NCBI RefSeq assembly: GCF_963921235.1 | Contig: NC_086097.1 | Coordinates: forward strand, 244,282,001 to 244,346,000 | DNA length: 64,000 bases | Source: Mobula hypostoma | Taxonomy: Eukaryota | Direction: 5' to 3' | In this document: positions 25,361-36,101 of the stretch, in pieces | Layout: every line of letters starts with the position of its first letter | Position numbering within the stretch: the stretch's first letter is position 1 | Translations under genes and position numbers: made by a program | The notes under the pieces: generated by a model | The model's input: the letters and a program-made list of their open reading frames with translations, nothing else | The model's database searches: none | What the model was told of the DNA's origin: nothing

Positions 25361-27941
25361 GTATAAGAAATAAAGTGGATGATCTTGTTGAACTATTACA
25401 GATTGTCAGGTATGATGATCTGGCCATCAGAGAATCATGGCTGAAGGATGGTTGTAGTTGGGAGCTGAATGTCCAAGGTTACACGTTATATTGGAGGGAT
25501 AGGAAGGTAGGCAGAGGGGTGGTGTGGCTCTACTGGTAAAGAATGGCATCAAGTGAACCTACCAGGGATCAGCTATACTGGACTGGACGTTATGTAATCA
25601 ACCGGAATGAACCGGAGGCGACCGGAACTGGAGTTTAAGGTAAAAGAACCCTTAGGAACCAGTGATCACCATATGATTGTGTTCAACTTGAAATTTGATA
25701 GGGAGAAAGTAAAGTCTAATGTAGCAGTATTTCAGTGGAGTACCAGAAATTACAGTGGTATGAGAGAGGAGTTGGCCTAAGTAAATTGGAAGGAGCTGCT
25801 GGCAGGGATTTCTGGGAAAAATGAGGAAGGTGCAGGAATTAATTTCCAAAAATGAAGAAATACTCAAATGGTAAAATAGTACAACTGTGGCTGACAAGGG
25901 AAGTCAAAGCTATTGTAAAAGCAAAAGAAAGGGCGTACAATAAAGCAAAAATTAGTGGGAAGATGGAGGATTGGGAAGTTTTTAAAAACCTACAGAGAGC
26001 AACTAAAAAAACCATTAGAAGGGAAAAGATGAAATATGAAAGCAAGCTAGCCAATAATATCAAAGTGGATAATAAAAAGTTTATTTCAATTATGTTAAAA
26101 ATAAAAGAGAAATGAGAGTGGATATAGGACCGTTAGAAAATCAGGCAGGAGAAATAACAACAGCGGACAAGGAGATGCCTGATGAACTAAATGAGTATTT
26201 TGCATCAGTCTTCACTGTGGAAGACACTAGCAGTATACATGACGTTGTTGTGTGTGAGGGAAAAGAAGTGGGTGCAGTTACTGTGCAAGAGAGAAGGTGC
26301 TCAAAAAACTGAAAGACCTAAAGGTAAATAAGTCACCCAGACCAGGGGAACTGCACCCTAGGGTTCTGAAAGAGGTAGCGTTAGAGATTGTACTGGCATT
26401 AGAAATCATCTTTCAAAAATCACTGGACTCTGGCATGGTGCCAGAGGACTGAAAAATTGCAAATGTTACTCCACTCTTAGCAAAAGGAGGAAGGCAGCAG
26501 AAAGGACATTACAGACCAGATAGCCTGACCTCAGTGGCTGGGAAGATGTTGGAGTCAATTGTTAAGGATGAGGTTATGGAATACTTGGTGACACAGGACA
26601 AGTTAGTACAAAGTCAGCATGGTTTCCTTCAGGGAAAATCCTGCCTGATGAACTTGTTGGAATTCTTTGAGGAAATTACAAGTGGATGTTGTGTATTTGG
26701 ACTTTCAGAAGGCCTTTGACAAGGTGCCACATGAGGCTCTTACTAAGTTAAGAGCCCATGGTATTACAGGAAAGTTACTAACATGGTTAGAGCATTGGCT
26801 GATTGGTAGGAGGCAGTGAGTGGGAATAAAAGGATCCCTTTCTGGTTGGCTGCCAGTGATTAGTGGTGTTCCGCAGGGTCAGTGTTGGGACTGATTCTTT
26901 TAATGCTGTATATAAATGATTAAGATGATGGAATAGATGGCTTTGTTGCCAAATTTGTAGATGATACAAAGATTGGTGGAGGGGCAGGTAGTGTTGAGGA
27001 AATAGGTAGGATGTAGAAGGACTTAGACAGATGAGGAGAATGGGCAAGAAAGCAGCAAATGAAATACAATGTTGGGAAATGCATGGTAATACATTTCGGT
27101 AGTAGAAATAAATATGCAGACTATTTTCTAAACGGGGAGAAAATACAGGAATCTGTGATGCAGAGGGACTTGGAAGTCCTTGTGCAGAACACCCTGAAGG
27201 TTAACTTGCAGGTTGAGTCGGTGGTGAGGAAGGCAAATGCCATATTAGCATTCATTTCAAGAAGACTAGAATACAAGAGCAGGGACGTGATGCTGAACCT
27301 TTATAAGGCACAGGTGAGGCCTCACCTTGAGTATTGTGAACAGTTTTGAGCCCATCATCTTAGAAAAGATGTGCTGGCATTAGAGAGGGTCCAGAGGAGG
27401 TTCACAAGGATGATTCCAGGAATTAAAGGGTTATCTTACAAGGAACATTTGATAGGTCTGGGTCTGTACTTTCTAGAATACAGAAGGGGATCTCATTGAA
27501 ACCTTTCAAATGTTGAAAGGCCTAGACAGAGTAGATGTGGACAGGACGTTTCTCATGGTGGGGGAGTCTAGGACAAGAGGGCACAGGTTAGAGGGGTACC
27601 CTTTCAAAACAGAGATGTGGAGAAATTCCTTTAGCCAAAGGGTGGTGAATTTATGGAATTTGTTGCCACATGCAGCTGTGGAGGCCAGGTCATTGGGTGT
27701 ACTTAACGCAGAAATTGATAGGTTCTTGATTGGACACGGCATCAACGGGTACAGGGGGAAAGCCGGGAACTGGGGTTGAGAAGGAGATACAAAAAAAAAG
27801 GATCAGCTATGATCAAATGGCGGAGCAGACTCGATGGGCCAAGATGGCCTAATTCTGCTCTTATGTCTTATGGTCTTCAGCAACTCCTGAATCTATAATG
27901 GTTCTGATCTTATTGTGACTCCTATAGCTACGACTTATGCT

Positions 27942-28014
27942 GGGGATTTAGCTCAAATGGTAGGGTGCTCGCTTTGCATGCCAGAGGTAGCAGAACCCAT
28001 ACCTGCATTCTCCA
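27942..28014 (+). pseudogene. tRNA-Ala pseudogene (anticodon reads TGC)
   Basis: 73 nt GGGGATTTAGCTCAAATGGTAGGGTGCTCGCTTTGCATGCCAGAGGTAGCAGAACCCATACCTGCATTCTCCA is colinear with vertebrate tRNA-Ala; T-loop/B-box destroyed, anticodon-stem mismatch. Confidence 0.8.
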
Positions 28015-28339
28015 TCACACTGTAGTGTAGCAGTTAACAAAGTTAAGTTCAGGACGTCAGAGTTTATTCAACTCTGGCATCGTCTGCAAGGAATTCGTAC
28101 CTTCTCCCATGGGTTTTCTCCTGGTGCTCTGGTACAGTCAAAGACTAGTGGGTTAACTTGTCATTGTAAATTATCCTGTGATTAGGCTGGGTTAAACAGA
28201 TGCTTTGCTTGGTAGCACAGCTCTTTGGGTTGGAAGGGCCTGTTCTGAACCGTATCTCTGAGTTAAAGTTCAACTTCAAGCTCAAACTAAATTTATTATC
28301 AAAGTACATATAATGTATATGTCACTATATACAATGATA

Positions 28340-28960
28340 AAGCCATTTCACCCAACGAATTGGGTCTGCTCTGCCACTTCATCATGGCTGATTTATTTTT
28401 CCTCTCAGCCCCAATCTCCTGCCTTCTCCTCATATTCCTTGATGCCCTGATTAATCAATAACCTATCAACCTCTTTCTCAAATATACCCAATGACTTGGC
28501 CTCCACAGCCGCCTATGGCAACAAAGTCCACAGATTTACCAGTCTTTGGCTTAAGAAGTTCCTTCTCATCTCTGATCTAAATGGATGTCCCTCTATTCTG
28601 AGGCTGGGTCCTCTGGTCATAAACTCACTCACTATAGGAAATTCCCGCTCCACATTCACTCTATTGTGCTCTTCACCATTCGATAGGTTTCAAAGAGATC
28701 CCCCCACGCCCCCGTCATTCTTCTGAGTTTCAGAGAGTACAAGCCCAGAGCCATCAAAAGCTCTACATATGATAAGCCTTTCGATCCTGGAATCATTTTC
28801 ATGAACATTCTTTGAACCCTCTCCAATATCAGCACATCCTTTCTTAGATAAGGGGTCTAAAACAGCTCACAATACTCTGCGAGGCCTCACCAGTGCCTTA
28901 TAAAGCCTCAACATTGCATCTTTGCTTTTATATTCTAGGCTTCTTGAAATGAATGCCAAC
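28340..28960 (-). mobile_element. CR1 3' fragment inserted in a Rex-type 3' UTR repeat (~28265-29280)
   Basis: Reverse complement of the CR1 C-terminus (LYKALVR...NLWTLLP); flanks resemble the repeat at 2055-2400. Confidence 0.7.
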
Positions 28961-29541
28961 AACACTTACATTCATTTCCTTGCAGGCATACTCAGTAAGT
29001 CCAAGAGCCATAATCGAATCAATAAAAGACTGCACCCAACCGGGTGGGCAAACAACCAGAGTGCAAAAGAGAACGAACTGTGCAAATACGAAGGAACAAA
29101 GAAATAATTATAATGAATAATTAAGCAATAAATATCAAGACAAAGAGTCCTTGACAGTGACTACATAGGATGCCGGAAAAGTTCGGTGATGAGGCAAGTG
29201 AAGTTGAGTGTAGTTATCCCCTCTGGGGCAAGAGCCTGATGGTAGTAATTGTTCCTGAATCTGGTGGTGCGAATCCTAGAGAATTAAAGCAGCAATGACA
29301 GAATATCTTCAAATGAAGAAGCACTTAATGCTCAGAGATGCTTTTCACATTCAAATAGATTTGTCCCTTAAAATACAATCACATTTTGACACATTTGTTT
29401 TGATTCAAATTCTTCTACAGAGTCAATTTTTCAAGGAACCATCCTTCCTAATGCTCAAATGTACGGAATTCAGAAGTATCTGTGATTTTTTTTTACTTTT
29501 CACTCAATTTTCTTGGTGCTTTAGATTCCTGGATGTTACAC

Positions 29542-30771
29542 CAGCGGTCCCCAACCACTGGGCCACGGACCGGTACCGGGCCGCAAAGCATGCGCTACCG
29601 GGCCGTGAGGAAATGATATGATTTGGCAATATGAGTCAGCTGCACCTTTTCTCATTCCCTGTCACGATCCGTTCAGCCATTACGCACGCGAGGTCATGAC
29701 CCGTGCGTCATCCATGTCAGCGCGGGAAGGAAATCAACTCCTTAAGCTTGCAAATGACAGCGGGCTGAAAAGTATATTTGACATAACATCTCTGCCGGCG
29801 TTCTGGATCAAAGTCAAGGCTAAATATCCTGAGATAGCCACGAAAGCACTGAAAACGTTGCTTCCATTTCTAACATCATATCTCTGCGCAGCGGAGTTTT
29901 CGGCAATGAATGCAACGAAAACTAAATTGCGGAATAGACTGGACATAAGGAACCCCCTTCGAGTATCGATGTCTCCCAACACCCCTCGATAGGACCATGT
30001 TGTTGCAGGGAAACAAGCCCAGAGCTCTCATTGATTCAGCGATATTGGTGTGTTGCAATGATTTTATATGTTCATATGGGGAAAATATGTGCTGTGTGTT
30101 TAATATCCAAACGTTACTTAAAATGTTATGTTGCTATTGACTTATATAACCATATAACAATTACAGCACGGAAACAGGCCATCTCTGCCCTTCTAGTCCG
30201 TGCCGAACGCTACTCTCACCTAGTCCCACCAACCTGCACTCAGCCCACAACCCTCCATTCCTTTCCTGTCCCTATACCTATCCAATTTTTCTTTAAATGA
30301 TAATATCGAACCTTCTTCTGCCACTTCTACCGGAAGTTCGTTCAACACTTACTTCAAGCTCCCCTGTCCTCCCCTGATAATTGACTTATCACTATATTCA
30401 TGCAAGGAAAATGTGCACTGTGTGTTTAATATGAAATTCTTTAGATAAACCCTTTTAGAAACCAAATTGAGTGTATTAGCAACTTATCACCGATGTTCCG
30501 GTTGTGATTAACACCCCACCACCACCCCCCCCGAACAGAATCGCCAAAAACGATTTGCAAAAAAAAAAATCGGCAGGTACACGCATGCGCAATGGCGCCA
30601 CGCAAGGCTTCATGGTCATTGTAGTCTTCCTCTGGGTAAACACAACGTATTTGACTGCTACTCTTGGCCGTTGGCAACCCTACCACCCCCCCCCACCTCG
30701 GGTCCGCCGGTCTGCAAGAATATTGTCAATATTAAACCGGTCCGCAATGCAAAAAAGGTTGGGGACCCCTA
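29542..30771 (+). mobile_element. Charlie/Buster-type hAT DNA transposon, internally deleted
   Basis: TIRs cagcggtccccaacc / ggttggggaccccta; perfect 8-bp TSD TGTTACAC (29534-29541, 30772-30779); hAT dimerisation domain FWIKVKAKYPEIATKALKTLLPFLTSYLC..EFSAM..TKTKLRNRLD (29618-29992). Confidence 0.93.
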
Positions 30772-30879
30772 TGTTACACGATAGAATTCCCTTGCTGGGG
30801 CAGGGGAGACCAGGATTCCTCATGCTGTAAACACAGCTAGCTCCATCACGGACACAACCTTCCCCACCAGCAAGGACAT

Positions 30880-31750
30880 CTACTTCCTTAGAAGTTGGCA
30901 AAGATGCAGCATTTCATCCTAAACTTTGACAGACATCGATAGATGTGCGGTGACTGGCTGTACCATGGCCTTATATGGAAACACCAATGCCCTCGAAGGG
31001 AAAAGTCTGCAAAAAGTAGTGGATATGACCCAGTCCATCGTGGGGATAGACCCCGTCCCCACCATCTACATGGAGTACTGTTGCAGGCAAGTAGCATCCA
31101 TCACCAAGGAGCCCCACCATCCACGACATGCTCTCTTCTCACCGCTGCCATCAGGAAGGAGGTACAGGAGCCTCAAGACCTGCACCACCAGGTTCAGGAA
31201 CAGTCACTAGCCCTCAACCATAACCAGAAGGTATAACTTCACTCACCCCAACTCTGAGCTGTTTCCACTACCAAAGGACTCACTTTCATCTTATTTCATG
31301 CTCTCGATATTTATTGTTTGTTTATTATTATTATTGTTATTTTCTTTTTTATCTTTTTGTATTTGCACAGTTTGCTGTCTTTTGTACACTGGTTATTTGT
31401 CTGCCCTGTTTTGTGCAGCCTTTCATTCATTCTATTGTGTTTCTCTGTACTTACTGTGAAAGCCCACAAGAAAACAAATCTCAGGGTTGTACATGGTGAC
31501 AAAATGTACTTTGATAATAGATTTACTTTGGGCTTTGAAGAGGGGGTGCCTCAAAAAAGCAGCATCCACCATTAAGGACCTTCACCATCAAGGAAGTGCC
31601 CTCTTCTCGTTACTACCATCAGGAGGGAGGTACAGGAGCCTGAAGACCCACACTCAACAATTCAGGAGCAGTTTCTTCCCTCCACCATCAGAAAAGTCCA
31701 TGAGCACTGCCTCATGTTCCTCTTTGGCACTATTCATTGATTTATGTATG
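30880..31750 (+). mobile_element. Rex1/Babar 3' fragments
   Basis: ASITKEPHHPRHALFSPLPSGRRYRSLKT and a second KKAASTIKDLHHQG..LLPSGGRYRSLKT. Confidence 0.75.
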
Positions 31751-31926
31751 GGTTAATAGGTTAATTGGTCATATTGGTATAATTTGGCAACAATCTGATT
31801 TTAATTACCTCAGAATCTAGAGTCCCTTCAGGTTTCTGCTGGATGTACGGGTGGGGATTTACCTCCGACATTACAAACTAATGGAATTCTGGTTCAGTTT
31901 ACGGCCTTCGAGATTCAGAAACTTAC

Positions 31927-31978
31927 CTTCCACCATTCCTCATTAGAATCATCCAGCAGTAAAATTCTGTCGCCAGCC
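31927..31978 (-). CDS. STAC: STAC-family gene, SH3-1 exon: (Q)AGDRILLLDDSNEEWWK
   Basis: Acceptor cattgcag|G, donor AAG|gtaagt; 52 nt, phase 2 to 0; DDSNEEWWK motif. Confidence 0.93.
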
Positions 31979-32239
31979 CTGCAATGTTGAATAAACAAAT
32001 AACATTAGCCTTCAACTACACCACCTTCCTATGCTGCCTTACAATTAAAGGTTTAAAAAGTACCCATTAATTCATGGAGAGCCGGTGGTACTCCTGGTAA
32101 CTTTGGTCGCACTGTTCCTTTCATCAACACCATAACCCACAGAAAACAATGGAGTATTGTGAGCAGTTTTGGGCCCTTTACTTTAGAAAGGACGTGTTGG
32201 CATTGGGGACAGTGAAGGTTCAAAACAACAATCCCAGGA

Positions 32240-32800
32240 ATGCACACAAAATGCTGCAGGAACTCAGCAGGCCAGGCAGCGTCTATGGAAAAGAATAAAC
32301 AGTCAACGTTTCAGGCCAAGACCCTTCATCAGGACTGGAGAAAAAAAAATGATTAGTCAGAGTAAGAAGGTGGGGGGCGGGGAGGAAGAAATACATCGAC
32401 TTCTCGAATTTCCAATAATGCCCCCCTCCTACTTCCCTCTCTCACCTTATCTCCTTACCTGCCCAATACCTCCCCCTTTCTTCCACAGCCTTCTGTCCTT
32501 TCCTGTCAGATTCCCCCTTCTCCAGCCCTTTATCCCTTTCACCAATCAGCTTCCCGGCTCTTCACTTCACCTCTCCCCCTCTCCTGGTTTCACCTGTCAC
32601 CTACTAACGTACTTCTTCCTCCCCTCCCTCCATCTTCTTAGCCTAACTTCTCATCTTTTTTCTCCAGCCCTGATGAAGGGTCTCGGCCCAAAACGACAAC
32701 TGTTTACTTTTTTCCACAGACCCAGCCTGACCTGCTGAGTTCCTCCAACGTTTTGTGAGTGTTGCTTGGATTTCCAGCATCTGCAGAATTTCTCTTGTTT
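32240..32800. mobile_element. Divergent pair of Penelope-derived repeats (minus ~32240-32390, plus ~32395-32800) inside a CR1 fragment
   Basis: Both arms carry the shared terminal sequence and hammerhead motifs at 32300-32337 (-) and 32665-32702 (+). Confidence 0.78.
32300..32337 (-). ncRNA. Minimal hammerhead motif with intact core
   Basis: cagtc-CTGATGA-agggtcttggcct-GAAA-c-GTT-gactg: 5-bp stem I, ACGT palindrome at stem III. Confidence 0.75.
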
Positions 32801-34189
32801 GTGATTGAATCCCAGGGAATGAAAGGATTTGAGAAGTGTTTGGTGGCTCTGGGCCTGTACACACTGGAGTTTAGAAGAATGAGGCAGGGGGAATCTCACT
32901 GAAACTTATCGAATAGTGGAAGGCCTAGAGAGAATGGAGTTCCTTAAGGTTGTTACAGCCGAGGATGGTAATGGGAACAAGTTCCCGCCACCTATTAAAT
33001 GCTCCCAGTGGCATGTGTCTCAAATAGCCTCTGACAACCAAGTCCAGCTTCTGGATTTCACGTGTGGCTTAGCTACTAAGCCCAGTAGAAACATTTTTAT
33101 TGACAGGAGAAGGGGCAAAGGCAGGTTACTGGCACCTTAAAACCAGTCACTTCAGGCATCTGGGGATCGTCAGCTGTGGTTGGCAGCGCATCTAGGAGAA
33201 GGAAAACTCTGATCTCAAACCTCTGCTGTCTTACGGCTATACCCACTCATGGGGCAGGCTTCAGGAGCAAACCCCGAGGGAAAATCTGGAACTGGAGTCC
33301 CTCAGGCAGTCCTACGTTGAGTTCAAAGCTAACTGGCAACTCCTACGACACCGCCGGGGCCAAACTATCAGTCTCTGCCATTCCTTTGGGTTCATTAGAT
33401 GCGTGGAGAGGGGGAGCTTGCTACAAGGGCAGCAGCTTGCTCTCCAGATTGTATTGCCTGGGCTTACGTATCTGGACAGCTAGGACACAACATCCATCGT
33501 CAACCCTGACCAACGGAGGCCCAGGCCAGATCAAATGGATGTTGAGAGGATGTTTTCACCCTCAGAATACAAGGGCATCCCCTTATAACAGAGTTGAGGA
33601 GGGATTTCTTTAGCCTCAGAATACAAGAATTATTGCTGATATTTCCAGCACAGTCCACATGATCAGCTACTCCAGATGAGATAGTAAACTGGATTCAACA
33701 CTGGTTTTACAGGAGAAGCCAGACAGCGCTGGTAGAATCGATGGAACTCAGGGATCGGTGCTAGTTGCTTGTCATCTATATCAACAATCTGGATGATAAT
33801 TTGGTAAACTGAATCAGCAAATTTGCGATGACACCACCACTGGGTGTGTAGTTGACAGCGAGGAAGACAATCCAAGCCTGCAGCGGGATCTAGGCCAGCT
33901 GGAAAACTGGCCAAGGAGTTTTAATGCAGACAGGTGTGAGGTGTTACGCTTTCGGAGGACAAATCAGGGCAGGATTTACACAGTGAACAGTAGGCACTGA
34001 GGACTGAGGTAGAACAAAGGGATCTAGAAATACAGATCATAATTCTTTGGAAGTGGAGTCACAGGTAGATAGAGTCATAAAGAGAGCTTTTGGCATATTG
34101 GCCTTCATAAACCAAAGTAATCAGTACTGGAGTTGGGATGTTACGTGGAACGTGTATAAGACATTGGAGAGACCTAATTAGATTAGATT

Positions 34190-35520
34190 AGATTCAACTT
34201 TATTGTCATTGTGCCAAGTACAGATACAAAGCCAATGAAATGCAGTTAGCATCTGACCAGAAATGCAAAGAATAGTGTTATTTACAAAATAACTGCGAAT
34301 AAAAAGTAACTGCTACAGCACACAAATATAAAGGTTCTGAGACAGTACATTATGGGTGCAATACTGCTTAGCGCTGTGATGTGAGGTTCAGCAGTGTCAC
34401 AGCCTCAGGGAAGAAGCTCTTCCTGAGCCTGCTGGTGCGGGAGCAGGGGCTCCTGTAGCGCCTACTGGATGGGAGGAGAGTAAAAAGTCCATGGTTAGGG
34501 TGAGATGCATCCTTGATAATGCTTTTCGCCCTGCCCAGGCAGCGTTTATGGTAGGTGTTCTCAATGGTGGGCAATTGGGTGCCGATAATCCGCTGGGCAG
34601 TTTTCACCACACGCTGGAGTGCTTTGCGGTCCGATACGGGACAATTGCCATACCACACTGAGATGCAGTTGGTGAGTATGCTCTCAATGGTATAGTGGTA
34701 AAAGTACATCAGTATCCTGGGACAGAGGTGAGCTTTCTTGATGCTCCACAGGAAATAAAGGCACTGTTGCACCTTTTTGATCAGGATGGAGGAGTTCCTC
34801 GGAAATGAGGACACCAAGGAATTTGAAGCTTGATACACTCTCCACACATTGATGTAGGTGAGGACGTGATGTGGCTCCTAGCATGCCTGAAATCCACAAT
34901 GATCTCCTTGGACTTCTGGGTGTTAAGGGCCAGGTTGTTGTCGGCACACCACGCGGCTAGGTGCTGGACCTCGTCCCTGTAGGCCATCTTGTCATCCCCT
35001 CTGATCAGGCCAACCACCGTGGTGTCACCTGCAAACTTGATTATAGAGTTAGAACCATGTACAGGAATGCAGTCATAGGTGAAGAGGGAGTACAGAAGAG
35101 GGCTCAGCACACAGCCTTGAGGCACACTGGTATTCAGGGTGAGAGTGGAGGAGGAGAGGTTGTCTAACTGAACAGATTGGGGTCTGTTAATCAGAAAGTC
35201 CAAGGTCCAATTGCAGAGGGATGAGCTGATACCAAGCTGGCGAAGTTTGGCGATCAGCTTGGAGGGGATCACAGTATTGAATGCCGAAGTAAAGTCAATG
35301 AACCATTCTGACGTAAGAGTTGGGGCTGTCCAGGTGGGTCAGGGCAGAGTGAAGTGCCATGGAGATGGCGTCCTCTGTTGACCGGTTGGTGCGATAGGCA
35401 AATTGATGGGGGTCCAGGGCAGTGGGCAGACAGGATTTCAGATGTGATAGAACCAGTCTCTCAAAGCACTTTGCAATGATGGGGGTGAGTGCAACTGGAC
35501 GGAAGTCATTCAGGCTCGTG
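34190..35520 (-). mobile_element. Rex1/Babar LINE 3' half inserted in a decayed CR1 (~33660-34190 and 35520-35720)
   Basis: [19 protein letters not shown]...[11 protein letters not shown]...[30 protein letters not shown]; (gatta)n tail. Confidence 0.9.
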
Positions 35521-35916
35521 GCAGTGTATGCATTTCTGGTAACCTACCTACAGGAAAGATATAAATAAGAATGAAATAATACAGAGAAAGTTTTTGAAGG
35601 CTGTAGCCAGGACTTGAGGACCCGAGATAAAGGGATAGGTTGAATAGTTTAGTTAACCTTTTTCCCCAGAGTGAAGAACCAATGAGGGGAGACTTGATAG
35701 AGATATGCATTTATAGAGGTATAAATGAGCACCTCTCATTACACCCATGTGAGCAACTAACCCATTAACTTGTATGTCTTTGGAGTGTGGCATGATACCA
35801 GAGGACCCAAAGGAAACTGACATGGTCACGGGGAGAACGTACAAACTCTTTATAGACAGCAACGGGAATTGAAAACACAAAATAATCTGCAGATGCTGGG
35901 GTCAAAGCAACACTCA

Positions 35917-36101
35917 CAACACGCTGGAGGAACTCAGCAGGTCGGGCAGCATCAGTGGAAAAGATCGGTTGACATTTCGGGCCGGAACCCTTCGTCAGGA
36001 CTGCCCACCATTGACAGTCCTGACGAAGGATTCCGGCCCGAAACGTCAACGGATCTTTTCCACTGATACTGCCCGACCTGCTGAGTTCCTCCAGCGTGTT
36101 G
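35917..36101. repeat. 87-bp inverted repeat of a hammerhead-bearing Penelope terminus, 11-nt spacer
   Basis: 35917-36003 is the reverse complement of 36015-36101 with about 4 mismatches. Confidence 0.92.

Larger units (their letters stand above)
21850..27877 (+). mobile_element. Near full-length CR1 LINE (5' UTR, ORF1 zinc-finger/leucine-zipper/SGNH esterase, decayed ORF2), carrying nested Penelope and Rex insertions
   Basis: 5' UTR repeat cctatcag..cgtcaacagagctcta x2; ORF1 from 23428; ORF2 starts LKVLYLNARSI and continues after the Rex insert (RNKVDDL), then RT motifs; tail tcttatgtcttatggtctt. Confidence 0.88.

Noticed and set aside
29618..29992. Domesticated ZBED/FAM200-like host gene
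   Set aside because: Only the C-terminal domain is present, inside TIRs and a TSD; it is a deleted transposon.
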